A DNA stretch of 64,000 nt from Candidatus Hydrothermarchaeota archaeon. GTDB taxonomy: Archaea > CAYFZR01. Below the pieces are notes generated by a model that saw only the letters and a list, made by a program, of their open reading frames with translations, was not told where the DNA came from and did not search any database. Below, piece after piece: positions 50,776-59,200 of the stretch (position 1 is its first letter; each line of letters opens with the position of its first letter). Location of the stretch: assembly GCA_046760505.1 (NCBI GenBank), contig JBHIEG010000007.1, positions 1 through 64,000 on the forward strand, written 5' to 3'. Position numbers and translations under genes: made by a program.

Positions 50776-52161
50776 TTGAAAAAATTCATTATTTTGAGAA
50801 AATGCATTATTCTAATGGTCATATCGCTTTTGATGACTCTTTCTCTTCCAAGTCCTTCAAATTCTCTGACATCTTTAAGTCCTGAAAACACTATAAAAAC
50901 TGAAATTCCAGTCCAAAAAGTTACTTTTTATCAAAATGGACTGATATACGTCGAAAGAATTAAGAATATCCTTCTAAAGAAAGGAATCAACGAGATAGTA
51001 ACCGATACGTTTTCAGATCAGATCTTGGCTTATACAATAAGGGCAAAAACCGAGGAAGGGGAAGTCATTGACGTTTCTTACACGCCGGAAAAAAAATTGG
51101 AAACTAGGTTTAAAGAATTCTTGGGAAAACAGGTAGAAATTTTATTAAAAGAGGGAAAAATTATCCGAGGAGAACTTGTGTCTTATTCACTAGACTATCT
51201 GGGGATATACTCTGAAAATAGGTTGGACGTGGTAAAAACAGAGAATATATTGAGTATAACGGTCTTTGGCGTCGAAAAAAACGGAAAGGCACTTAAAATA
51301 AAAATAGATTCTAAAAAGGATGGTAATCAGAAAATAAAATTCACCTACCTCACGAAGGGTGGAAATTGGAAACCTGTATACGATCTTTACGTAGAAAAGT
51401 CTCATTTAATTTCTAATGCAGTGATCACAAATGAGGTAGAGCCATATTCTAACGTGGAACTCGAATTAGTAGCTGGAACTCCTCATTTCGCTTTCGTTCC
51501 CGTTCCCATACCTGCCATGGCGAAGGGCTATGCCGTGGAAGAAGCCGGAAGAGTGGTAAGAGGAGGTTTAGGAGAATACGTAGTTTACAAATTATCTAAC
51601 GTAACCATCGAAAAAAACGAAATCAAGAAATTTAAGTTATTCGAAGGAAGTGTGGACATAGACCCAATATATCAATGGGATGCTTCCACTTTGATAAAGG
51701 GAAAGGCAAGCGAGAGATTAAAGTTAAAAAATAACATGGAAGACCCGTGGGCCAGCGGAATAATGAATATCTATAGGAATGACAAGTTAATAGGCTCTGA
51801 CTCAATAGAATATACCCCTATAGGGGCAGACGTTGAGGTTACCGTAGGAAGCACTCCTGATATAGACGTGAAGAAAGAACTTACAGCGGTTAAAGTATCC
51901 TACGAGGAGACCCTTCGAATTGAGACTGTGGAGTATACATTGACGATAAATAACTACAAGAAAGAATCTATAGCGATCATTGTAAAAGATAGAATTCCCT
52001 ACGGCTCTACTCTCGTATCCGCCAATCCCAAAGCGACTCAAAAACCGGATAACATGTTAGAATGGAGAATTAATATCCGCCCTCAGGGAGAGCAGAAGAT
52101 AACTTATACTTATGAAACCAGACAACCAGTTCCAAGATACGTAGGAAAGCCGGTTGGATAG
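50776..52161 (+). CDS. Secreted DUF4139-like protein
   Basis: Signal peptide; VTFY..G..YVER, YLT.G..W.P.Y.L and C-terminal Y.LTI.N.K...V.D.IP...W motifs; start set at TTG after GGAGGTG. Confidence 0.7.
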   Translation: MKKFIILRKCIILMVISLLMTLSLPSPSNSLTSLSPENTIKTEIPVQKVTFYQNGLIYVERIKNILLKKGINEIVTDTFSDQILAYTIRAKTEEGEVIDVSYTPEKKLETRFKEFLGKQVEILLKEGKIIRGELVSYSLDYLGIYSENRLDVVKTENILSITVFGVEKNGKALKIKIDSKKDGNQKIKFTYLTKGGNWKPVYDLYVEKSHLISNAVITNEVEPYSNVELELVAGTPHFAFVPVPIPAMAKGYAVEEAGRVVRGGLGEYVVYKLSNVTIEKNEIKKFKLFEGSVDIDPIYQWDASTLIKGKASERLKLKNNMEDPWASGIMNIYRNDKLIGSDSIEYTPIGADVEVTVGSTPDIDVKKELTAVKVSYEETLRIETVEYTLTINNYKKESIAIIVKDRIPYGSTLVSANPKATQKPDNMLEWRINIRPQGEQKITYTYETRQPVPRYVGKPVG

Positions 52162-52224
52162 AAGTATAAGAAACCCCATGGAGAGTAATTAAGTCTGCAG
52201 AAAATCCGTGTAATCAGGGTAAAA

Positions 52225-52280
52225 ACTCCATTATCTGGTCTGTATAAAGAACATTCTTCGATGATATAAGATGATGGAGT
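52225..52280 (+). other. Intergenic stem-loop, candidate structured RNA element
   Basis: ACTCCATTATCT (52225-52236) pairs with AGATGATGGAGT (52269-52280): 11 Watson-Crick pairs and 1 G-U. Confidence 0.4.
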
Positions 52281-52305
52281 AAGACATTCCTCTTTTGCCT
52301 CTGTA

Positions 52306-52320
52306 GTAAAGTTTTTAACT
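52306..52320 (+). promoter_or_regulatory. Candidate BRE/TATA for a leaderless hdrA transcript
   Basis: GTAAAG-TTTTTAACT about 25 nt upstream of ATG 52342; no RBS. Confidence 0.4.
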
Positions 52321-52341
52321 TTTTGTTCTTTATTTTCTCCT

Positions 52342-54690
52342 ATGATTGGGGTATTCCTCTGTCATTGCGGAAATAACATCGCTGGTACAGTAGATATAGA
52401 ATATATCAAGAAAGAACTTTCTAACAGGGGCATAATTAATTTTGACAACATTTTCCTTTGTTCTCAAGAAGGTCAGGATCTTATTTTAGAGAGGATAAAA
52501 GAAGAAAATTTAGATAGAATCGTGATTGCTGCTTGTTCACCTAAGCACCATGAAGATATCTTTAAAAGATGTGTGGAAAAAGAGATCAATCCATACCTTT
52601 TGGAAATGGTGAACATTCGAGAACAATGCTCTTGGGTACATAGAGATAAGGGAGAAGCCACCAAAAAAGCTCTTGCCCTGATAACCGGTGCCATCAGGAA
52701 GGCGGAATATCTTTCTGAGATTCATAGAATCGAGGTTCCAATAAGCAAAGAAGTCCTGATTGTTGGAGGTGGTGTAGCCGGAATTCAGTGTGCTTTGGAA
52801 CTCGCTAAAAACGACTACAAGGTATATCTCTTAGAGAAAGAACCATGCATAGGAGGGAACATGGTAAGGCTCAATAAAACTTTTCCAACGGATGATTGTT
52901 CCATGTGTACTATTGCTCCAAAGATAAGCGAGGTTGGAAGTCATGAAAACATAGAGATAATATCAATGGCTGAGATAGAAGACATAAAAGGCTCTGTAGG
53001 CAATTTCACTGTAAAAATAAAGCAGAAGCCTAGATACGTCAACGAAAAGTGTACTGCCTGCGGAGAGTGTGCCAAGGCTTGCGTCCTGAAAGACAGGATC
53101 GAGGATGATTTCAATCTGGGATTGAGTAAAAGATCAGCGATTTATATCCCATATGAGCCTGGAATGCCTTCCATGTACGTTGTAGATGCGGAAAACTGTC
53201 TATATGTAAAGAAGGGAAAATGCAAGCAGACCTGTCTGGAAGCCTGCTTTAGAGGTGCCATAGACTTTGAGCAGGAAGAAAAAGAGTTCACTCTAAACGT
53301 TGGAGCAATAGTGCTCGCAACGGGTTATCAGGAGTACGATCTAACGGGTACCGAGTATAATTTCGAGCACCCAAATGTGATAACCGGTCTGCAACTGGAA
53401 AGGCTATTGAGCGCGAATGGACCGACTGGAGGTACTTTGAGAAGACCCAGCGATGGAAAGATACCTAAAACCGTTGTTTTCGTGCAGTGCGCTGGCTCGA
53501 GAAGCGAGAAACACAATGAATATTGCTCAAAGATCTGCTGCATGCATGCCCTTAAGAATTCAATGATAGTAAAATCAGAAAATCCAGATACCGAGGTTTA
53601 CTACTGCTATATAGATCTAAGAGCCGCTGGCAGAGGTTACGAAGAGTACTACGATAGAGCCAGAGAGATGGGAATAAAATTTATAAGAGGAAATGTGGGA
53701 GATATCCAAAGCGCAAGCGACAATCTTATCGTAAGAGTTGAGGACACTCTTTTGGGAGAGAATAAAGAAATCGAAGCAGAACTGGTGGTCCTCTCAACTG
53801 CACTGGTACCCTCTGAAGGGACTAAAAATATAAAAGACCATATCAACGTTTCTTATGAGCCAGATGGTTTTGTAAGTCCTTTACATCCAAAAATAGAACC
53901 TGTGGATACAAAAGATGCGGGCATATTTATATGCGGTACGGTATCTGGTCCAAAGGCGATACAGGACTGTGTTGCAGAGGCTAACGCGGTTTCATCCCGG
54001 ATTCAAACAATCTTGCATAGAGGAAAGATAGAGGTCGATTTAAAGATACCCTCTCTGGACAAAGAGATCTGTGTCCGCTGTGGAGAATGCATAGTGAACT
54101 GTGCGTTTAATGGCGTAGAGGATTTTGAAGTACTGGAAGGCGTTTGCAGGAGTTGCGGAAAGTGTATTGTTAATTGTCCTTCAAGTGCTTTAGAAACGTG
54201 TTACTACTCAGACAGGCAAATAGAATCGCAAATAGAGGGAATCTTGGAAGTCGATCCAGATTCCATAATAGCCTTTTGCTGTAATGAATGCAGTTATGCT
54301 GCTGCTGATTTAGCTGGCGTTGCAAAAATAAACTATCCTTCACAGGTAAAAATTATAAGAGTTCCATGCACAGGAAGGGTTTCATTAAATCACATATTGA
54401 AATCCTTTGAGCTTGGAGCGCAGGGTGTTATGGTAGCCGGATGTTTAGCTGATCAATGTCATTACATCGATGGGAATTACAATGCCGCTGAAATTGTAGA
54501 AAGAGGAAAAAAAATTCTTGACTTGCTTAATATAGGAAGCGAAAGATTAAAGATGTTTTATATTTCAGCAGCAATGAGAGATGCTTTTGTGCAAGCAGTA
54601 AAAGAAATGGTTGAGACCACTAAAAAGCTATCAGAAGAGTTTAAAGAAGAGAAATCTGAAATAGCTATTAAAGATACTTTCCAGCATTAG
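52342..54690 (+). CDS. hdrA: Heterodisulfide reductase subunit A fused to an MvhD [2Fe-2S] domain
   Basis: GVFLCHCG.NI, NIREQCSWVH, GGGVAG, FPTDDCSMC, QCAGSR and CSKICC motifs; C-terminal FCCNECSYAAAD, RVPCTGR and GC...CHY (MvhD). Confidence 0.9.
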   Translation: MIGVFLCHCGNNIAGTVDIEYIKKELSNRGIINFDNIFLCSQEGQDLILERIKEENLDRIVIAACSPKHHEDIFKRCVEKEINPYLLEMVNIREQCSWVHRDKGEATKKALALITGAIRKAEYLSEIHRIEVPISKEVLIVGGGVAGIQCALELAKNDYKVYLLEKEPCIGGNMVRLNKTFPTDDCSMCTIAPKISEVGSHENIEIISMAEIEDIKGSVGNFTVKIKQKPRYVNEKCTACGECAKACVLKDRIEDDFNLGLSKRSAIYIPYEPGMPSMYVVDAENCLYVKKGKCKQTCLEACFRGAIDFEQEEKEFTLNVGAIVLATGYQEYDLTGTEYNFEHPNVITGLQLERLLSANGPTGGTLRRPSDGKIPKTVVFVQCAGSRSEKHNEYCSKICCMHALKNSMIVKSENPDTEVYYCYIDLRAAGRGYEEYYDRAREMGIKFIRGNVGDIQSASDNLIVRVEDTLLGENKEIEAELVVLSTALVPSEGTKNIKDHINVSYEPDGFVSPLHPKIEPVDTKDAGIFICGTVSGPKAIQDCVAEANAVSSRIQTILHRGKIEVDLKIPSLDKEICVRCGECIVNCAFNGVEDFEVLEGVCRSCGKCIVNCPSSALETCYYSDRQIESQIEGILEVDPDSIIAFCCNECSYAAADLAGVAKINYPSQVKIIRVPCTGRVSLNHILKSFELGAQGVMVAGCLADQCHYIDGNYNAAEIVERGKKILDLLNIGSERLKMFYISAAMRDAFVQAVKEMVETTKKLSEEFKEEKSEIAIKDTFQH

Positions 54691-54701
54691 GTGCACGAAA
54701 A

Positions 54702-56585
54702 ATGCTAGATTGCACAACCTGCAGGCTTTGTGCCGTCAAATGCCCAACAGAAATCAATCTAGATGAGATTATCAAAAGATACAGATATTTAAATGAAATC
54801 AGGACTCCTCACGGGGGAGTATTCCATATACTAGGGAAAATTTTAATCAGAGTGGATATTTCAGATTGGCTTAAAGAAGATGAACTGGATATTGGCAGAG
54901 ACGATTTATACTATTTTCCAGGATGTTTGCCGATATTCGATTTGGTTCTGGATAGAGATAGAAGCTATTCGGGAATTGCCCATGCAGGAATAAAGGTTTT
55001 GAATAAGTTGGGGATATCACCGAAAATAATCTACGGCTGCTGCGGGCACGACCTCTTATATTCAGGGAATTTAGATGAGTTTGAAATCAATAGGATAAAC
55101 CTTAAAGGAAAAGTGGAAGGTAAGAAGATAATAACTGGATGTGCAGAGTGTTATCACATTTTAAAAAATGAATATCAAGCGGATGTGGAGCATTTCTCTC
55201 AATTCATTTCCAAAAATTTAAACAAACTTGATTTAAGTAATATCGATACAGAAAAATTGAAAACCACCTATCATGATCCCTGTAGATTAGGAAGATACAA
55301 TTCAATTTACAATGAACCTAGAGAACTCCTTGAAAAAATCACTTCCTTTAGTGAGATGTCAAGAAACAGAGAAGAAACAATATGCTGTGGAGTTTCTTCG
55401 TGGCTAAACTGTGATAACCTATCTAGGGAATTGAGAGAAGAAAAAATAAAAGAAGCAATTGAAACCGGATCAGATTCTTTGGTCACGAGTTGTCCGAAGT
55501 GTATAGTTCATTTAGATTGTTTATACGAAGAGAAACTCGGTGATTTGGATTTAAAGCGTTTAAATATCGTTGATTTACAAGAAATACTCGCTCATTCGCT
55601 TGGAATCTATGACCTCCAATCAGATGAGAAATTTTATGAAATAAAAAAGAGAAAGAGCACACCAATAAAGTCCGTTGAAATAAAGAAAGATCCCTTGAGA
55701 TATATAGACAGAGATCTATCCAATTTAGCATACAGGTGTACCACATGTTATGCATGTGAGACTGCATGTCCGATGGAATATAAGCCTGTTCACATGATGG
55801 AAGACTTCAGAAAATTTCTTGTTTCTCAAAATCTCAATCCTGAAAGGCACAATGAAATTTATAACAATATTTTAGAAACAGGAAACGTTTTTGGTGAAAA
55901 AGAGGAAATATTTGATGAAAAAGTAGATCATGACGTGGTTTATTTCCCGGGATGTGTCGCTAGTTTTCGTGCTAGGAAGATAGTCGATTCATGCAGGGAA
56001 TTGATGGACAGAATAGGAGTTAATTATACCATCCCTAAAGGGACGATATGCTGTGGGAGCATAGCGTTTAGAACGGGATTCAATACCAGACCAATCGTGG
56101 AGAAGAATATGCAAGTGTTAAACGGAAAGAAGATTGTTTGTTCTTGTTCGGGTTGTTACGCTACGTTTAAAAAGGACTATGGATTAAACGCTATTCACTT
56201 CATCGATTTATTGCTGGATAACAAGAATAAACTGAAATTTAAAAAATCGGGAGTGAAAATAGCCTACCATGATCCGTGTCATCTAGGAAGGGAGTTTCAG
56301 TACTTCGACCCTCCGAGAGAACTGCTAAAATTAATTCCAGAACTGGAATTGGTAGAATTTCCCCATAGCAGAGAGAATTCTCTATGCTGTGGAGGTGGAG
56401 GCGGGGTTAGATCTGCTTTTCCGGAGTTATCTGCAATGATAGCAAAAAAAAGGATGGAAGAAATCGAAAATGAAAGTGTGGATGCTGTAGTAACCGCCTG
56501 CCCGTTCTGTGAGATAAATCTAGGAACCGTTACCGATAAGAAGGTATACGACATATCCCAATTCTTACTGATACATCTAAAATGA
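54702..56585 (+). CDS. Internally duplicated HdrD-like Fe-S/CCG protein
   Basis: Two modules, each CTTCxxCxxxCP + YFPGC + CCG + YHDPC.LGR + CCG + CPxC. Confidence 0.82.
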   Translation: MLDCTTCRLCAVKCPTEINLDEIIKRYRYLNEIRTPHGGVFHILGKILIRVDISDWLKEDELDIGRDDLYYFPGCLPIFDLVLDRDRSYSGIAHAGIKVLNKLGISPKIIYGCCGHDLLYSGNLDEFEINRINLKGKVEGKKIITGCAECYHILKNEYQADVEHFSQFISKNLNKLDLSNIDTEKLKTTYHDPCRLGRYNSIYNEPRELLEKITSFSEMSRNREETICCGVSSWLNCDNLSRELREEKIKEAIETGSDSLVTSCPKCIVHLDCLYEEKLGDLDLKRLNIVDLQEILAHSLGIYDLQSDEKFYEIKKRKSTPIKSVEIKKDPLRYIDRDLSNLAYRCTTCYACETACPMEYKPVHMMEDFRKFLVSQNLNPERHNEIYNNILETGNVFGEKEEIFDEKVDHDVVYFPGCVASFRARKIVDSCRELMDRIGVNYTIPKGTICCGSIAFRTGFNTRPIVEKNMQVLNGKKIVCSCSGCYATFKKDYGLNAIHFIDLLLDNKNKLKFKKSGVKIAYHDPCHLGREFQYFDPPRELLKLIPELELVEFPHSRENSLCCGGGGGVRSAFPELSAMIAKKRMEEIENESVDAVVTACPFCEINLGTVTDKKVYDISQFLLIHLK

Positions 56586-56606
56586 TGTTCACGGTGAAGA
56601 TGTAAT

Positions 56607-57719
56607 ATGAAGATAGGTGTATACGTGGGAGAAGGCTCTTCGCATTCATGGGTATGGCTCGTTGATACCTTGGAGAAATTTGGTCTTATAGATATCTTGT
56701 TTCTAAACGAAAAACTTGTAAAAAAAGATACGCTGAATTCCATAAATTTAATGGTAATATCTGGAGGGGACACGATATCCATAGCCAATTCTATAGGAAA
56801 TGGGTTCAAAGAAATCAAAAACTTTATAGGAGATGGAGGAATATACTTGGGAATTTGCGCTGGCGCTTATCTTCCCCTGTACTCGAGGAAAGAGCCACTT
56901 TCTAAGTTTAACCTAGTTAAAGCCGGTATCACCAATATAATCAGGAGTGGGGGCTTTAAACCTTTCAGTTGCGACCGTGTATTTCAGGGCGTAAGAGGAC
57001 CGTTGTATATAGATTTTCAAGGAAAGATCATTTCCGCGCCTCTCTACGGTGGCCCCTCCTTTGTCCCCAATGGAAGTGAGACTCTTGCAATCTACTCTGA
57101 CTTTTCCGAAGAGACCTCATTTTTGGTTGAAAAAAACCTAGCAGAAAGAACGATTTTAGGAAAAGGAGCAATTATCAAAAAGGATTATGGAAAAGGCGCC
57201 TTTTTGCTCTTTGGACCCCATCTTGAGCACCCTTCTTTCCATGATGCTAATCTAATTTTTTACCACTTACTCAAAGGTTTGAAAATTAAAGAAATCAGAG
57301 ACCAGGAAGAAAAAGATTTTACCCATTTATTAAGAGGTGTAGAGGCGAAAAAATTCTTAAAGGACTTAAAAAGAGAGATTAGCAATATGAGAATAATCGC
57401 AATGGGAATTGAAGGCTCTATAAAATGGAAGGTAGGGCATAAGGTATGGGATATGGAAAGAATCCTTTATTTCACAGATGCCACATGGAAGAGACTTAGA
57501 TACCTGGAAAAAGATACCCTTTACGTAAAAAATCCCGATAAAATAGTGGAAGAAGTAAAAGAGACAAAAAATCTACTCATAAAAATCAGGGAAGAATTAA
57601 GAGAAGGAAAGGACATAAGAGAATCTGCTGAAAACTTGGTAAGAAAAATGAGAGAAGTTGTTCCAGCGATTCTTGAGTTTTATTTTAACAACATAAAGAG
57701 AAATAGGGGATCCTCATGA
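56607..57719 (+). CDS. BPL-N domain protein (class I glutamine-amidotransferase-like)
   Basis: GVYVGEG, SGG, GGIYLGICAGAY, YGGP.F and GPHLE motifs. Confidence 0.7.
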   Translation: MKIGVYVGEGSSHSWVWLVDTLEKFGLIDILFLNEKLVKKDTLNSINLMVISGGDTISIANSIGNGFKEIKNFIGDGGIYLGICAGAYLPLYSRKEPLSKFNLVKAGITNIIRSGGFKPFSCDRVFQGVRGPLYIDFQGKIISAPLYGGPSFVPNGSETLAIYSDFSEETSFLVEKNLAERTILGKGAIIKKDYGKGAFLLFGPHLEHPSFHDANLIFYHLLKGLKIKEIRDQEEKDFTHLLRGVEAKKFLKDLKREISNMRIIAMGIEGSIKWKVGHKVWDMERILYFTDATWKRLRYLEKDTLYVKNPDKIVEEVKETKNLLIKIREELREGKDIRESAENLVRKMREVVPAILEFYFNNIKRNRGSS

Positions 57720-58687
57720 ATGAGATAAAATTTGGGCTTCAACAGCCAGAATACAACTTTAAACCTGAAACAACCTTTGATAATTTAAAGAATATAATTC
57801 AGACTGCTGAATCAAATGGTTTTGAATCTTTCTGGGTTATGGATCACTTGATGCAGATCCCGTATCTGGATCCTGAATCTAAGGCTCCAATGCTGGAAGC
57901 ATGGGTTGTCCTCTCTAATCTGGCGGGGGTTACCAAAAAGATTAAACTTGGAACGCTTGTGACATGTGCATCATACAGAAATCCTGCCCATCTTGCAAAG
58001 ATAGGCGCTACCTTGGATGTTTTATCTGGTGGTAGAGTAATCATGGGAATCGGAGCCGGTTGGTTTGAAAAAGAGTACATATCTTATGGCTATTCGTTCC
58101 CTAAATATAGGGAACGCGTGGAAATGCTAAGCGAGGCAGTGCAGATAATGAAAAAGATGTGGACGGAAGAGTCGCCATCCTTTGAAGGGAAATATTTTAG
58201 GATAAAGGATGCTATTTGTAACCCTAAACCCTTGCAGAAGCCATATCCGCGGATTTTAATTGGAGGAGGAGGTCTAGAGACCTTAAAAGTCGTGGCTGAA
58301 CATGCAGACATGTGTAATTTCTTCGGAAAGCCTGATGAAATCATGAAGAAGATTGAGACAGTTGAGAAATACTGCTCTGAAATCGGTAGAGACCCAGATG
58401 AAATAACAGTTAGTAAAATAGGCGGAGTTATAATAGCCGAATCTGAAGATGAACTAAAAAGTATTCTAAAGACAAAAATCCGCCCTGGCATCCGCCCTGG
58501 CTTCAGTCCTGAGCAACTGGAGGGCTGGCTGATTTTAGGCACCCCAGAGCAAGTAAAGGAAAAATTACAGAAATTCATAGATGTGGGAGTTACTTACTTC
58601 ATCCTCAACTTCCCGGGCTCGGATGAGGTTAAACTACATTTGAATAAAATAATGATCTTCGGTGAAAGGGTGATATCTGAGTTCTGA
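57716..58687 (+). CDS. LLM-class (luciferase-like) oxidoreductase, probably F420-dependent
   Basis: WVMDH, LGTLVT..YRNPA.LAK..ATLD.LSGGR..GIGAGW and PKP.Q.P.P.I.IGGGG motifs. Confidence 0.85.
   Translation: MNEIKFGLQQPEYNFKPETTFDNLKNIIQTAESNGFESFWVMDHLMQIPYLDPESKAPMLEAWVVLSNLAGVTKKIKLGTLVTCASYRNPAHLAKIGATLDVLSGGRVIMGIGAGWFEKEYISYGYSFPKYRERVEMLSEAVQIMKKMWTEESPSFEGKYFRIKDAICNPKPLQKPYPRILIGGGGLETLKVVAEHADMCNFFGKPDEIMKKIETVEKYCSEIGRDPDEITVSKIGGVIIAESEDELKSILKTKIRPGIRPGFSPEQLEGWLILGTPEQVKEKLQKFIDVGVTYFILNFPGSDEVKLHLNKIMIFGERVISEF
58478..58501 (+). repeat. Perfect 12-bp in-frame tandem duplication (IRPG-IRPG)
   Basis: ATCCGCCCTGGC twice. Confidence 0.85.
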
Positions 58688-58717
58688 TACAAAGAGATAT
58701 AGAGAGACAATATCATT

Positions 58718-59200
58718 ATGTCAGTAGAATCGGAAAAAATAAGGATTGATAGAGTAAATCTAAAGGAAATCAAAGAACTGGTGGAAGTTTATAAAGATGC
58801 TTATGCTGAGTTGGAAGAATATGCCTACACTAGCCGAAGCAATATAAAGGGGTATTTGAAATGGCTTTACAAAAGAGATCCGATGGGTTTTTTTGTTGCT
58901 TATTTTAAAAATCGACCTGTGGGATTTATTTCAGTAGATTCTAGATGGTACAGCGTGGATAAAGGTGTACTTCTGGGAGAAATCCATGAAGTCGTTGTAA
59001 TCAGGGAATTTCAGGGAAAAGGAATAGGTAAAAGACTCTTCGAGACGGGTCTATCTTACCTGAAAAGCAAGGGAATAAAGAACTTGGAGTTATGGGTTGG
59101 AGAAAATAATAGAAGGGCAAGGAAATTCTACAGGAAATATGGTTTCAAAGAAGTTGAAAAGCGATGGGACTGGGTGAGAATGACGAAAAAATTAGACTAA
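58718..59200 (+). CDS. GNAT family N-acetyltransferase
   Basis: QGKGIG motif A; L.V...N..A..FY.K.GF. Confidence 0.88.
   Translation: MSVESEKIRIDRVNLKEIKELVEVYKDAYAELEEYAYTSRSNIKGYLKWLYKRDPMGFFVAYFKNRPVGFISVDSRWYSVDKGVLLGEIHEVVVIREFQGKGIGKRLFETGLSYLKSKGIKNLELWVGENNRRARKFYRKYGFKEVEKRWDWVRMTKKLD

Noticed and set aside
52342-54690. Selenocysteine in HdrA/MvhD with the upstream hairpin as SECIS
   Set aside because: There is no in-frame TGA, all relevant positions are Cys, and the hairpin lacks the SECIS GAA/A pattern
54688-54701. TAG readthrough (pyrrolysine) or frameshift fusing HdrA-MvhD to the HdrD-like gene
   Set aside because: The downstream gene is in another frame, readthrough meets a second TAG after five codons, and the single-motif start is mirrored in the second half of the protein
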